Shown: positions 20,482 to 31,210, numbered from the stretch's first letter. The stretch is DNA of 64,000 nt from Candidatus Hydrogenedentota bacterium (GCA_020848835.1 JADLHJ010000084.1:86914-150913); one strand, 5' to 3'. Numbers and translations are program-made. Notes: generated by a model from the sequence alone, not told the origin.

Positions 20482-21353
20482 CGCCGCTCGATACCCTTGA
20501 TCAATTGCCACACGACGCGCGTGCGCGGCGTGGGCAATGCGGACAACTGCGCGCGCCGCACGATCTCGCCGCTCAACGCGTCGATTTCCGTGGTGCGGCC
20601 GGAGCGCACGTCTTGCAACATGGAGGAGATGTTCTCTGCGGTATCGGTACACGTCTTTTCAGCGACTTCCACGACGCTGTTCTCGAAACGATAGCCTTCG
20701 GTCGCGGCAACCTTCACCGCTTCGACAACGAGATCGCGCATGAGCTGCCGCAATTCGGGTACTTCCACGAGCAAACCATTCTTGACGCCCGACAACGCCG
20801 TCACGGGATTAATCCCCGCGTTCACCGCCGCCTTTTCCCAAATCACCTGGCCCGGCGATTCGGTCAGTTCAACCGAGAAACCCGCACCCGTCAACGCCTT
20901 CATCGCAGGCCCCGTCGGGCACGTCGTCCACGCGCCAAATCGCGTGGCACCCGACGCAACATGCTTCACCTTGCCTTCATCGAGCTGCGTAACTGCTTCC
21001 GAAGTCACGCCGGCCAGCAAGTTTGCACTACCGATCAGCGAGCACAGGGTCTCAACGTTGCCCAGACCATTTTGAAGCGATAACACGGGCGTGCGGCTGT
21101 TCAGATTCAAATGGATCGTTGAGTGCGCCTTTACCAGCACAATCGCTAGCTCACAATTGTTCGGCACATTCGTTACGACTTTCAGTTTCGTCTCAATCGT
21201 GCCGTCCGCGCCTTCAACAAGAATGCCACTCGCGTTCAAACGCGCCGCACGTTCCTGCTTGTGGTCCACCAGCGTCACGTCGCACCCCGAGCGCGCAAGC
21301 CGCGCCGCAAAGAGGCAACCCATCGCCCCCGGACCAATCACCGCAATTTTCAT
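20478..21353 (-). CDS. panE: 2-dehydropantoate 2-reductase (ketopantoate reductase, ApbA/PanE family)
   Basis: 'MKIAVIGPGAMGCLFAARLARSG' Rossmann N-terminus and the ApbA C-terminal domain; 291 aa. Confidence 0.8.
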   Translation of the reverse strand: MKIAVIGPGAMGCLFAARLARSGCDVTLVDHKQERAARLNASGILVEGADGTIETKLKVVTNVPNNCELAIVLVKAHSTIHLNLNSRTPVLSLQNGLGNVETLCSLIGSANLLAGVTSEAVTQLDEGKVKHVASGATRFGAWTTCPTGPAMKALTGAGFSVELTESPGQVIWEKAAVNAGINPVTALSGVKNGLLVEVPELRQLMRDLVVEAVKVAATEGYRFENSVVEVAEKTCTDTAENISSMLQDVRSGRTTEIDALSGEIVRRAQLSALPTPRTRVVWQLIKGIERR

Positions 21354-21375
21354 GCGACACTTTCCCTTCCGCGTA

Positions 21376-22233
21376 TCACAGTTCGCTCAACGCCTTCACA
21401 AAACAGCCCTTGAAATCTTTGACGCGATCGAGTTCCACACGTTCTTTCGCCGCAGCTTCTTTCGTGTCGTACTTACCGACGCACGCCTTCACAACCTTGC
21501 CATCTTTCGCGGGATGCAACACGACCTCGTAGTCGCTCTTTCGTTCGACGTTGCTCTTAAACTTCTCGGCGTTTGCCATCGTGTCGAACGATCCGACTTG
21601 TATTGTGAACGCTCCCGCGGGTGCTGCGGTGTCAGGAGGCGCGGACGCTGGAGCGGCGGGAGCGGCGGGTTCTGGCGCAGCCGGCGCGTTAATATCCTCC
21701 AGCGGCGAGTCGGCCACTTTCGGCGCAGTAGTCACGGGAGCGGTCGTCGTCTGCATGGCCGTTTGCGCTGGCTTTTGCTCAGCGGGTGCTGGCGACGTGA
21801 CCGCAGGTTCCACCATGGCCTTCGTCGTTTCCGATTCCTTCGCGGTGGCCTGATTCTCCTTAATCGGAGGCGGCGCAGGCACGGACTGCGACGTTACGTC
21901 GCGTGCCGTGACCTGCCGCGTCGTCGTTACGGTATCGCCCTTACTATCCGGAAGCTTCACAGGAGCGGGGGAGACCTGTTCGCCTTCAGCGGTTTTCGCC
22001 TCATTGCGCTTCGGCGGCGCCGCAACGGTCTTCGTGTTGGACGATTCCTTACCCGTAGGCAGCGGCTCTACCTGACCTTTTTCAACCGATGCCATCGATT
22101 CCGGCTTCGACTGAATCTTGTTCACGAGAATGCCCGCGGCGAAACTGACTACTGCGATGCACAGCAACGCCAGTATCACCCACAGCCGCTGCTCCTGACT
22201 GAACCCGGAACTCTGTACTCCTTTTGGCGCCAT
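21376..22233 (-). CDS. SPOR-domain protein (septal peptidoglycan-binding) with an N-terminal TM helix and a Pro/Thr/Ala-rich linker
   Basis: TM helix 'LWVILALLCIAVVSFAAGILV'. The C-terminal SPOR fold reads 'AFTIQVGSFDTMANAEKFKSNV...YEVVLHPAKDGKVVKACVGKYDTKEAAAKE'. Confidence 0.7.
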   Translation of the reverse strand: MAPKGVQSSGFSQEQRLWVILALLCIAVVSFAAGILVNKIQSKPESMASVEKGQVEPLPTGKESSNTKTVAAPPKRNEAKTAEGEQVSPAPVKLPDSKGDTVTTTRQVTARDVTSQSVPAPPPIKENQATAKESETTKAMVEPAVTSPAPAEQKPAQTAMQTTTAPVTTAPKVADSPLEDINAPAAPEPAAPAAPASAPPDTAAPAGAFTIQVGSFDTMANAEKFKSNVERKSDYEVVLHPAKDGKVVKACVGKYDTKEAAAKERVELDRVKDFKGCFVKALSEL

Positions 22234-22797
22234 CTAACTACCCTGCGCCTCCTTTATCGGTTGTTGATCCTGCGCTTCGTCCGCTGCCGGCTCGCTTGCG
22301 GCTTCGAGTGCGGTAAGCTCTTCCATCAATTGCACGCGCCCCGCCTCCATTTCCGCATAGGTAAGCTGCGGGTCGCGCGCCTCGGCAAGCCGGTTACCGA
22401 TGCGATCCATAAACAGGGCCACGCGCATCTCGCCATCGGTATCGTCCGACTCTTTTACAAGACGAAACACCTTCTGCCGCCGCAACAACTGCGCTGCGAG
22501 ATACGCCTTCGCGATCTGAACCCGGTCTTCCGACTCGGCAGTTTCATAGAATATCTTTCGCAACGGCGAGAACTTTTCCGCGGGTTCTTGCTGGGCCACC
22601 GCAGGATCGCTGTATTGCGTTTCCCAAACCGCGATCGCTCCTGTTGCTCGATCGTCGACCCACACCGGTTTGGAAAAGTCATGCCGCACAAGTTGCTGGT
22701 TCTCTACCTTCATCACCGACACGACCGTCTCGCCGTGTTGGAATTCCTTTTCCGTAAGGGCACAACTTCGCCCAGGTTTCCCGATACGAATTTCCAT
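22234..22797 (-). CDS. Hypothetical protein (187 aa), no family recognised
   Basis: Long ORF abutting the SPOR gene (stop and start adjacent) and 6 nt from the AsmA-like gene, in the same operon. Confidence 0.5.
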   Translation of the reverse strand: MEIRIGKPGRSCALTEKEFQHGETVVSVMKVENQQLVRHDFSKPVWVDDRATGAIAVWETQYSDPAVAQQEPAEKFSPLRKIFYETAESEDRVQIAKAYLAAQLLRRQKVFRLVKESDDTDGEMRVALFMDRIGNRLAEARDPQLTYAEMEAGRVQLMEELTALEAASEPAADEAQDQQPIKEAQGS

Positions 22798-22803
22798 TAT
22801 TCC

Positions 22804-25800
22804 TCAGTTCTTGTTCCCGTTTTGCGGTTGTTTCTTGGCTCCCACGATCCCGCCACCAATTTTAAGCAAATCAAACAGGATTTTTCTAGGAGCATCTATA
22901 ACTTGAAAAGCTTCACGCGCGGTCTCCAATGCGCCACTCACGAGCGTCACGCGCACCGGAGGCGTTTCGGAAACCGTGCTCACGGGTTTCAAGGTTGGCC
23001 CCGTCAGATTGAACGCAAGGTCGATGTCCTCCTGCGCAAGCCTGTGGCCAGCCACATTGAAGTTGTCGCGCAACAGCGGTATACGCTCCGCGGCGTCCGG
23101 CGACACAGCTACTTTAATCGTGTAATCCATATCTCCATCAAGAACAAATTCTCCGTTCGCGTTCAATTCCATTGCGTCGGACTCTAGATGAATGTCCGGT
23201 GTGCGGACCACGTCCCGCTCAAACTCCACCGACGATTGCAGTTTGGAAAACTTCAGCGAGGGCGGCAGCGCCGACACGTCCCCGGCGAGTTGCCGTTCGA
23301 ACAAGCTGATCAAGTAGTCCGCGCTGAATTGTCCTTCGCCCATGTCGAAGTGGCCCTTGCCGGCGATGCTGCCTTGATCGTCTCGATCCATCGTATAGCT
23401 CACTTCGCCGTTCATGTTGCCGCTGAACATCTGCGGCTGACGCAGGTGCTCCATGAAGTACTTGGCGGGCACATTCGTCCATTTCGCACTGGTCGTGTAC
23501 GAATTGTCCGCGCGATTACTGACGTAACTGCCTTCGATCGTCCCATCGCCAACCTTGGCGCTGTAGCTGTCCAGCCCATTCTCGGTCAACGATTGATACG
23601 CGTGGCCCTTGAATTCCGTGCCCGACCAGGGCGGCACTTCGAGCGAATCCGCCGCAAGCTCGTAGGAGTAGTAGCGGTCCGTTACAGGATATTTTTTCCA
23701 GTCGCGTTCAAGCGGCACAAACCATTTGTCGCCGCGCAACGATGGCGTGGTTGCGCGTTTGGCGTGCAACTTCAAGTTTGTGACTGGCTTCGAGCCTTCC
23801 AACATGTCGCCAGTTAATAAAACATCATGGCAAACGATCGCCGCCGCAGCGCCCTCGGCGCGCACAGATATCTCATCGACTGCAAGCGACAGAGTCGCCG
23901 ACCATTCTTGGTCCGCCTTTCCATCAATGCGCGTCCAGTCATATCGCCCACCGGATCCCTTGCCGCCGGTGATGGTGTAGGGGAGAGGCAGGCATTTGCC
24001 AACCGAAACTACATCCAACGTTGGCACTTCAGCATGTGCGGCCCTCAGTTGCCATTTCTTCCCGGAATACGCGAGATTCGTTGTCGCCTTCAGTTGAGAT
24101 CCCGCAACCATGCCGTCAACCTCAAACTTTGCGGCCTTCTTGGGCGTGAACGATCCTGTGATGTGTGCGCTGGCGCCAATTCCGGGCGCCTTGAGAAAAT
24201 ACCAGCGATAGCCAATCTGCGTTTGCGACGCGTCCACGTCGCCGTCGAAAGCCACAACGCCATTCGTATACTTCGCGTGCGCTTTCACAGTAGCGGAACC
24301 AGAGATCTCTGCGTTACGGATCGACTGCGCAAGTTTGGTGTCGCCGATGCCGGCAAGCACACCCGCCGCATTCGCTTCACCCGACTTCGTTTCGATATCG
24401 TACCACCCGCTCGCAACGATGGGTTGGTCTTTTGCCGTGGCATTGAGCGAAGCGACCTCGATGCGTTTTCCGGCAAGTGATATGTTGGAGGTAATGTTGG
24501 TCGCTTCGAGGCCCATGTCCGGTTTCTTCACCGTGCCGCCCGCGACGATTACACTGCCTGTCGCTTGCTTTGTCGCAGAGTCCCACGCCGCATCAACCCG
24601 GCCGAGTGTCACGCTGCCTTCGGGAAAACGCTTGTCCTTTGGCTTGAAGCTCGCATCCGCGCCGGACATGCTCGCGCTGACGCGAAATGCAGGAGATTCC
24701 GCAGAGCCAGTCAAATGGATGGAGACCTCAGCATCAGGACTTACCGTGTATTCTAGTTCGCCGTACTGATCGACACGGTCCTGCAACGCAAAATTAAGGA
24801 TGTCCATGAGTGGCAACTGAGATGAAGATAATTTGAGATCGAAGGCCGGTGAGGCATCCGTAAACTGTATGGTCCCGTTCACCGCGCCGCTGAGCGTTTC
24901 CGTGCGAGCCTGCGTCATTCCGACGGTGAGAAGGCGCTGGCGTGGATCGTATTGCCCGCGCGCGTCAATGCTACCGGTCATGGGCTTCAGAAATTCCGGC
25001 TGATTGCGCACGAGCAATCCCGTCACCGGCGTTTCCAGCGAAAGCGCAACCGTTCCGTCGGCCTTGCCTTCGATACGTATGCTGGGAGCGACAGACCCTT
25101 CGAGTACAAACTGTTTTGAGGCAGGCAGAAAGACATTTACATCCGATGCCGCAATATTGCTGAGGTCCGCGCGGGCATCGAAATCGTCGAGCGACACGTA
25201 CCGCGTCGTAGCCTTAATGCGCTTTGCCGAATCCTCGCCGTAGATACCTTCGATGGAGCCCGAGAGTGCATCGGAGTCGGGCAATTTTGCTACGTCGAAT
25301 TCGATATCCGAAAACGAGAGAGACGATCCGCCGACCACATTCTCAACGAGCACGCTGCAGCCCGATCCCTTAACGCGAAACGAAATGGGAGGGAGGGTAA
25401 GCGGCATTCGATCCAAAGTCGAGACGGCATCAGGCGATGCACTGGTCGCCGCGCGTACGATATGGATACTCGCACGCTCGACCTGCACCCGATCGATCGC
25501 GACGTCGCCGTACAGCAACTCCGTCAAATCGACATATACATAAAGAAGCGGAACTTTGAGATCGACCTGGGAGCCGTCGTTCAGTTGCCGCGACAGCTCG
25601 ACGCCTTCCGCGCGGAGTCCTCGCAATCCAAAAGCGGCGATCGAGGAGACTTTGATGTCTGTACCGGTCCGCGCCTCGGCCGTCTCGAGTATCCGGCCGC
25701 GCAAGCCTTCAAGCTTGTACTTGGCAAACAAAGTCCCACCGGCGATGGCGCCCGATAAAAACAGGAGCACCACCAGCCAGAACTGGGCCGACCGGCTAGA

Positions 25801-25878
25801 TCGCACCCAGGTATCGTGGAGATCGTCGTGGTTACTTATCGTTGTTGCCTGTGGCCGCGTCTGTCTCCGCCGGTTCAT
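22804..25878 (-). CDS. AsmA/TamB-like giant envelope protein (N-terminal membrane anchor plus about 1000 aa beta-rich)
   Basis: Single N-terminal TM helix '[19 protein letters not shown]' followed by long repetitive beta-strand-rich sequence. The size and architecture resemble AsmA-like lipid-transfer proteins; the family call is from architecture only. Confidence 0.55.
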   Translation of the reverse strand: MNRRRQTRPQATTISNHDDLHDTWVRSSRSAQFWLVVLLFLSGAIAGGTLFAKYKLEGLRGRILETAEARTGTDIKVSSIAAFGLRGLRAEGVELSRQLNDGSQVDLKVPLLYVYVDLTELLYGDVAIDRVQVERASIHIVRAATSASPDAVSTLDRMPLTLPPISFRVKGSGCSVLVENVVGGSSLSFSDIEFDVAKLPDSDALSGSIEGIYGEDSAKRIKATTRYVSLDDFDARADLSNIAASDVNVFLPASKQFVLEGSVAPSIRIEGKADGTVALSLETPVTGLLVRNQPEFLKPMTGSIDARGQYDPRQRLLTVGMTQARTETLSGAVNGTIQFTDASPAFDLKLSSSQLPLMDILNFALQDRVDQYGELEYTVSPDAEVSIHLTGSAESPAFRVSASMSGADASFKPKDKRFPEGSVTLGRVDAAWDSATKQATGSVIVAGGTVKKPDMGLEATNITSNISLAGKRIEVASLNATAKDQPIVASGWYDIETKSGEANAAGVLAGIGDTKLAQSIRNAEISGSATVKAHAKYTNGVVAFDGDVDASQTQIGYRWYFLKAPGIGASAHITGSFTPKKAAKFEVDGMVAGSQLKATTNLAYSGKKWQLRAAHAEVPTLDVVSVGKCLPLPYTITGGKGSGGRYDWTRIDGKADQEWSATLSLAVDEISVRAEGAAAAIVCHDVLLTGDMLEGSKPVTNLKLHAKRATTPSLRGDKWFVPLERDWKKYPVTDRYYSYELAADSLEVPPWSGTEFKGHAYQSLTENGLDSYSAKVGDGTIEGSYVSNRADNSYTTSAKWTNVPAKYFMEHLRQPQMFSGNMNGEVSYTMDRDDQGSIAGKGHFDMGEGQFSADYLISLFERQLAGDVSALPPSLKFSKLQSSVEFERDVVRTPDIHLESDAMELNANGEFVLDGDMDYTIKVAVSPDAAERIPLLRDNFNVAGHRLAQEDIDLAFNLTGPTLKPVSTVSETPPVRVTLVSGALETAREAFQVIDAPRKILFDLLKIGGGIVGAKKQPQNGNKN

Positions 25879-26902
25879 CCAGCGGTGCTTTGCCGAGCCA
25901 GTCGAGACCCTTCTTCTTAAGGATACTCGCCCGGAGTTTTTCTTTCACCTCAGGATTGTCTTTCAGATACTGGCGTGTGTTCTCGCGGCCCTGACCGAGG
26001 TTCTCTCCGTTCAGCGAAAACCATGCGCCACTCTTTTGGAGCAGCTTCTCCTCAACTGCCAAGTCGAGAATATCGCCTTCGCTCGAAATACCCTCGCTAA
26101 AAAGAATGTCGAACTCGGCCTGACGGAAGGGAGGCGCCAGCTTGTTCTTCACAACCTTCACACGGACCCGGTTGCCAACGTCCTGCTCGCGTTCCTTGAT
26201 TGTCGCAATACGGCGCACGTCGATTCGCATACTCGCGTAAAACTTCAGGGCGCGGCCACCGGTCGTTGTTTCGGGGCTGCCGAACATCACGCCAATCTTG
26301 TCACGGATCTGGTTAATGAAGATTACGAGCGTGCGCGAACGGCTAATCGCCGCGGTCAGTTTCCGGAGAGCCTGCGACATGAGCCGCGCTTGAAGCCCCA
26401 TGTGCGAGTCACCCATGTCGCCTTCGACTTCCGCCTTGGGAACCATCGCCGCAACGGAGTCGATGACGATTACATCAACGGCATTGCTACGGACCAGCGT
26501 CTCGCAAATTTCCAACGCCTGCTCGGCGGTGTCCGGCTGAGAGACAAGAAGATTATCGATGTCCACGCCGATCTTCTTCGCAAAATTAGGATCCAGCGCG
26601 TGTTCCGCATCTATGAAGCAGGCGATGCCACCCTGCTTCTGGGCGCTCGCTACGACGTGCAACGCCAGGGTAGTTTTACCCGAGGACTCCGGTCCAAATA
26701 TCTCGACCACGCGGCCGGTTGGAAGACCGCCGACGCCTGTTGCTATGTCAATCGATAGACTACCCGTCGTGATCGCGCGCACCCGCTGCTCGAAGTGGTC
26801 GTCCCCGAGCCGTAACAGCGTTCCCCGTCCAAACTGCTTCTCAAGCTGCGATACTGCGATGTCCAGCGCCTTTACTTTAACGTCATCCTTTGCCGCGGCC
26901 AT
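25832..26902 (-). CDS. recA: Recombinase RecA
   Basis: Walker A 'GPESSGKTT', 'FIDAEHALD', and L1/L2 loop regions; 356 aa with an acidic C-terminal tail. Confidence 0.95.
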   Translation of the reverse strand: MAAAKDDVKVKALDIAVSQLEKQFGRGTLLRLGDDHFEQRVRAITTGSLSIDIATGVGGLPTGRVVEIFGPESSGKTTLALHVVASAQKQGGIACFIDAEHALDPNFAKKIGVDIDNLLVSQPDTAEQALEICETLVRSNAVDVIVIDSVAAMVPKAEVEGDMGDSHMGLQARLMSQALRKLTAAISRSRTLVIFINQIRDKIGVMFGSPETTTGGRALKFYASMRIDVRRIATIKEREQDVGNRVRVKVVKNKLAPPFRQAEFDILFSEGISSEGDILDLAVEEKLLQKSGAWFSLNGENLGQGRENTRQYLKDNPEVKEKLRASILKKKGLDWLGKAPLDEPAETDAATGNNDK

Positions 26903-27704
26903 GATGAATCCCCTCCCGTGAAAGTGAAATAATTTTCAGTATAATGCCAGAAGTGAGGCATCCTGTCAAGAGGTCTGTGAAAGTTCCCAACACCGAAGTC
27001 ATTCTAATAATTTGGATCCAATTTGTCTATGGAAAACATCCGGGGCCAAAAGAGAATAGATGTTATATAATTTTTACTTACGACTTAAGCGAGCAACGTC
27101 CCTAGAGTTAAAATAGCGCGCATCCGAAGCAATCCAATCAAGAACACATGCGACAAGTTTGTTCCAATCGCGTTCTCAATATTAAAGCTCTCGCTCAAAA
27201 GCACTTAACATACCAACAACCCGACACTGGTGGAATTTATCGAACGTATCTGAAACACAAGAGTTACTAATTAGATTCTCTAGACGGTTTGGAAGAAAAA
27301 AGTGGTGCAAGCCGAGTGGCCTGCCATCCACGGAAGATCAGGATTTATCTGGAAAGACAGGCTAGATTGGGTCTAAGCGTCATTATGAATGCCGAATTAG
27401 AAACTCACACTGCCAACAACAATACAGGTTTTGTCCATAATTAACTGATACCGACTCCGAGTTGTACTTGGCCTCTAGTCAAATCCTGATTCTGGCGTGC
27501 CACACGGAACAGACCACGATTCCCGACGCGGTGAAAGAAGCCGACGCAGCAGAGCATGGGAGAGAGTCAACCGGAGCACTTCTTGGGCGAACAGCTCCCA
27601 TAATGCCATGTCTCAAAATTAAACACACTCCACGCGCACGCCGGAAACTTGTGAGTGATTGACAGCCGACAAGGTTGATGCTAGGATCGGAGCTCGCTCC
27701 GTGA

Positions 27705-27780
27705 GCGGGATTAACTCAGTTGGTAGAGTGCCAGCTTCCCAAGCTGGATGTCGCGGGTTCGAACCCCGTATCCCGCTCCA
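27705..27780 (+). tRNA. tRNA-Gly (anticodon CCC), with encoded CCA
   Basis: 76 nt cloverleaf: acceptor GCGGGAT/ATCCCGC, D-arm 'CTCAGTTGGTAGAG', anticodon loop 'CTTCCCAAG', T-arm 'GCGGGTTCGAACCCCGT'. It is nearly identical in architecture to canonical tRNA-Gly(GCC) except for the anticodon. Confidence 0.9.
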
Positions 27781-28161
27781 TTTTTTATTCCTCTTTGGCG
27801 TTAGTGAACGCCGCCAAGTTGCCTTGCCGTGCAAAACCTCCGCCGAAATCGACGCAGCAAACCACTGAAAATCCACAAAGACCAGAGGAACTCTTCAAGC
27901 GAATACATACGGCAAATTCTTTAATATAAACAGTATACATCAAGAAATAGACGCATTGCGTTAGGTGTGTATATGACAAGCAGCAGAGGGCAATCGAGAA
28001 AGGTTATTAAGAAAATTGTTAGGTAGAAAGGACGCGAAAATTATAGTCGCTAGGTGTAGGTGTCGAGCAAATTACATAATATATATTATCAGACGTTATA
28101 TATAATGCCTTATAAAGCTGGGCTTCACCTCTCCTCATGCCTTTGCCGGTCCAAAATCACT

Positions 28162-28479
28162 TTAGGCTTTAGCGGTGTTGGAACCTTCCTCTATCTGCTT
28201 CCGTAGTACCTTCACGCGTTCGTGAAGTGCTTCGATCGACTCCACGAGCCGCGATTCGGTCGCGGCGTACGCATCTTTCAACTCGGCGACTTCCAGGGCA
28301 AATTCATAGGCCGCCTGTAGCGCAAACGCCTGTGTGTTGACCTTCGTACTGCGGGACTCCAGTTCTTTCAGCTTGGCATGCACCTTATTGACTAAGGCCG
28401 TCGGCGTATCTGCGGTCTCACCCTTCGGGACCCGCAGGTTCATGCCCGCGATTTGGACTTCCACCTGCGGCGCACTCAT
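28162..28479 (-). CDS. zapA: Cell division protein ZapA
   Basis: About 105 aa with the ZapA-family N-terminal beta domain ('VEVQIAGMNLRV') and a C-terminal coiled coil. Confidence 0.65.
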   Translation of the reverse strand: MSAPQVEVQIAGMNLRVPKGETADTPTALVNKVHAKLKELESRSTKVNTQAFALQAAYEFALEVAELKDAYAATESRLVESIEALHERVKVLRKQIEEGSNTAKA

Positions 28480-28811
28480 GCCCGTAGTCCCGCGCGAATG
28501 GTCTTGGTTTTTGCCAGGATACCCCGGAGCTGCGACCGGGTCTCATCCCGCTCCGCGGTCAGGTCGGAAACGATTAACTGGAGGGACTCGACTTCGTCTT
28601 TGGCGTGCTGGAGTGTCGCCGATTCTTTACGCAGTTTCCACTGTTCCTGGCGCAACGATTCCCGCTGTTCTTCCAATTCTTCTTGCTGGCGGTTTAAGGC
28701 GTCCCGGTTCTCGCTAATCTTCCCGCGCCGACCCTCGGCGGTGTTCCACGCCAAGTGCAGGTCCTTCAGCGCGTCTTCCAGCTTTCGGAGTGCAGCGTCG
28801 GCCGCAGGCAT
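28476..28811 (-). CDS. Coiled-coil protein (ZapB-like?), translationally coupled upstream of zapA
   Basis: Heptad-rich sequence, 111 aa from the ATG at 28809-28811. Its start overlaps the pheT stop (TGATG) and its stop overlaps the zapA start (ATGA). Confidence 0.5.
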   Translation of the reverse strand: MPAADAALRKLEDALKDLHLAWNTAEGRRGKISENRDALNRQQEELEEQRESLRQEQWKLRKESATLQHAKDEVESLQLIVSDLTAERDETRSQLRGILAKTKTIRAGLRA

Positions 28812-31207
28812 CAACGAAGCGTCGCGTCGAATTTCTGCGCGAGGACTTTCAGAATGTTGTCCCATGCTTTCTGCGTGTCCTTGTCGGTCAAGGTCTTTTC
28901 ATTGGACTGGAACACGAGACTCAAAGCGATACTTTTCTTACCGGCCGGAACTTGCTTGCCGGTATAGATGTCGAATAATTCAACACCCCGGAGCAACTTT
29001 CCACCGGCCTCTCTTGCGGCCTCAGCGACGGCCAGGCCGGGTACCGCCGCGTCCAGCACAACCGCAATATCGCGCAAGGACGGCGGGAATGTGGAAGGCG
29101 CTTCGAACAGACGCGGCTCGGCGGTTTGCTTCAGCACGGCATCCAAATCAATTTCCGCGAGGTACACTTCCTGGATCAGGTCGTATGCCTTTGCCACGCT
29201 CGACGAAACCCGTCCGAAACGGGCAACTTCTTGAGGATCGTAGGTCGCCGTTCCCGAGTATCCTGCGTCGAACGCTGCGGAATCGCTCCGGCCCCAAGTG
29301 ACAGTTACGCCAATATCGTCGAATATACTCTCCAATACGCCTTTGAGATCGTAAATGTCCAGGGCCTGTCTTTCCCGACCCCAATGCTGGACCTCTCGCA
29401 GACCCGATAGCACGATCCCCAGGCGCGCATGCTCGTTGGGCTGAGCTTGCCCGTTGACGCCGTGATACACATGGCCCAGTTCAAATACCTTTATCTGCGT
29501 GACCCCGCGGCGAAGATTCAGCGAAGCGAGTTCCAAAAGGTTCGGAATTAGACTCACCCGCATGATGCTTGAAGTTTCGGCTAATGGGTTTTGTAGTCGT
29601 ACAACGTTGAATTTTTCAACACTAACCCCGGACTTCCGGACTTCGTCCAGCGAGCTGAATGTCAGACCCATATGTTCGGTCAGACCAATGGACGCTAGGT
29701 ATCGGCGAAGCCTGCGGGTTGCCACTTCTTGCGGCGCAAACACAGTGTCCGCTTTTCGTACACGCGGCACTGTTGAAGGTATATTTTCGTATCCGTAAAG
29801 TCTTGCGATTTCTTCAATTAAATCCGCCTCGCGTGTGACATCGTGCCGCCAGGACGGCACGCGAAATTCAGCGGTGCCTTCATTTGCTTTATCTGTGTCA
29901 AAATCAAGGCGATTCAATATAGAGCACTGCTCATCGCCAGAAATATCGGTACCAAGCAACGCATTCGTCCGCGCGAAACGCAGGTTGACTGTGCGGTCAA
30001 TCCGTGTTCGGGGATACTCGTCAATCGCGCCCGGCGCGATTGCAGCCCCTGTGATTTCATGAATAAGACGCGCTGCACGGTTGGCGGCGAACTCCGCCAT
30101 TTCGATATCGGCGCCGCGCTGGAATCGTTGGGACGCCTCGGAATTCATTGCGAGCGTGCGGGCAGTCTTTCGCACACTCGACGGCTCGAACCATGCGCTC
30201 TCCAAGATAATCCGGGTGGTGTTCTCCCCCACTTCGCTATCCAATCCGCCCATAACCCCAGCGATGGCAATGGGATTTGAAGCGTCTGCAATCACGAGCA
30301 TTTCGTCGCGAAGGGTGCGTACTTCGCCATCTATCGTCTTTATTGTCTCCCCTGCGCATGCACGGCGCACGACGATTCGATGCTCCGCAAGCTTATCGTA
30401 GTCGAAGGCGTGGAGGGGATGTCCCGTTTCGAGCAGGACGTAGTTGGTGATATCCACGACGGGGTTCACCAGGCGCTGACCTGCGTGGATTAGGCGCTGC
30501 GCCATCCATAGTGGAGTGCGCGCGGGTTTTATACCCGTGGCCACGCGACCGATGTATCGCGCACAAAGATCCGAGGCATCTATCGTAACGGAGGTCAATG
30601 ACTTGGCCTCGGCACCCGACTCGTTTACCGTAGCGTCTGGCAAGCGCAGAGGCCGATTGAAGTAGGCAGCCAACTCGCGGGCAACGCCGATCATGCCGGC
30701 CCAGTCGCCGCGGTTAGGGGTTACTTCGATTTCATAGATAACATCGTCGAGTCCCAACAGCGGTATCGCATCCGCCCCAATCGGAAGATCCTGCGGAAGA
30801 ATCAACAAGCCCTCATGATCTTTGCCGAGCCCCAGCTCGCGTGCCGAACACATCATGCCCTGCGATTCGATGCCCCGCATCTTGCGTTTGCCTATGGCAA
30901 ATCCGCCGGGCAAGGTTGCGCCAAGCACGGCCGTGGGAACCAAGTCTCCCGCTTTCATATTCTTCGCACCGCAGACGATTTGGAGCGGGTTGGCCTCGCC
31001 GGTATCGGTCTGGCACACCACGAGCTTGTCCGCGTCGGGGTGCGGTTTGATGTCGAGGATCTTGCCGATGACGACCTTGGTGATTTCAGCGCCGGGGCGC
31101 TCAACCGACTCGATTTCTAGTCCCAGCATCGTCAGGCGGTGCGCAAGCTCATCGACGCCGAGGTCGATATCGACGAATTCCTTCAGCCAGTTAAGAGAGA
31201 CCTTCAT
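28811..31207 (-). CDS. pheT: Phenylalanine--tRNA ligase beta subunit
   Basis: 798 aa with a tRNA-binding N-terminal domain and B3/4, B5 and FDX-ACB regions. Confidence 0.9.
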   Translation of the reverse strand: MKVSLNWLKEFVDIDLGVDELAHRLTMLGLEIESVERPGAEITKVVIGKILDIKPHPDADKLVVCQTDTGEANPLQIVCGAKNMKAGDLVPTAVLGATLPGGFAIGKRKMRGIESQGMMCSARELGLGKDHEGLLILPQDLPIGADAIPLLGLDDVIYEIEVTPNRGDWAGMIGVARELAAYFNRPLRLPDATVNESGAEAKSLTSVTIDASDLCARYIGRVATGIKPARTPLWMAQRLIHAGQRLVNPVVDITNYVLLETGHPLHAFDYDKLAEHRIVVRRACAGETIKTIDGEVRTLRDEMLVIADASNPIAIAGVMGGLDSEVGENTTRIILESAWFEPSSVRKTARTLAMNSEASQRFQRGADIEMAEFAANRAARLIHEITGAAIAPGAIDEYPRTRIDRTVNLRFARTNALLGTDISGDEQCSILNRLDFDTDKANEGTAEFRVPSWRHDVTREADLIEEIARLYGYENIPSTVPRVRKADTVFAPQEVATRRLRRYLASIGLTEHMGLTFSSLDEVRKSGVSVEKFNVVRLQNPLAETSSIMRVSLIPNLLELASLNLRRGVTQIKVFELGHVYHGVNGQAQPNEHARLGIVLSGLREVQHWGRERQALDIYDLKGVLESIFDDIGVTVTWGRSDSAAFDAGYSGTATYDPQEVARFGRVSSSVAKAYDLIQEVYLAEIDLDAVLKQTAEPRLFEAPSTFPPSLRDIAVVLDAAVPGLAVAEAAREAGGKLLRGVELFDIYTGKQVPAGKKSIALSLVFQSNEKTLTDKDTQKAWDNILKVLAQKFDATLR

Positions 31208-31210
31208 GAC

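Noticed and set aside
19774-20652. N-terminal 57 aa of the DUF374 track ORF (Arg/His-rich)
   Set aside because: This part lies inside the panE coding sequence in another frame. A GTG at 20479-20481 that overlaps the panE stop (GTGA) gives a protein of family-typical length.
21091-23187. 698-aa plus-strand ORF, Arg-rich ('...RRRRHGLRRYVACRDLPRRRYG...')
   Set aside because: It is antisense to the well-supported SPOR, hypothetical and AsmA-like genes. The Arg-rich, low-complexity composition is the typical product of reading GC-rich coding DNA on the wrong strand.
26903-27100. LexA/SOS box upstream of recA
   Set aside because: I scanned by eye for CTGT-N8-ACAG, GAAC-N4-GTTC and GTTC-N7-GTTC types. 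Only partial CTGT repeats are present; nothing convincing.
26944-27105. 53-aa plus-strand ORF 'MPEVRHPVKRSVKVPNTEVILIIWIQFVYG...' in the recA upstream region
   Set aside because: It overlaps the expected recA promoter, has no RBS, and is short enough that stop-poor AT-rich sequence alone could produce it.
27430-27520. 'CCTGATTCTGGCGTGCC' resembling the 5' end of tmRNA (GGGGCTGATTCTGGATTCGAC)
   Set aside because: There is no leading GGGG, no downstream tRNA-like T-arm/acceptor with CCA other than the tRNA-Gly itself, and no tag-peptide reading frame. It is a chance partial match.
27781-28161. Possible integrated element at the tRNA-Gly 3' side
   Set aside because: No integrase or recombinase ORF and no direct repeat of the tRNA 3' end were found in the flank. 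Only low GC supports the idea.
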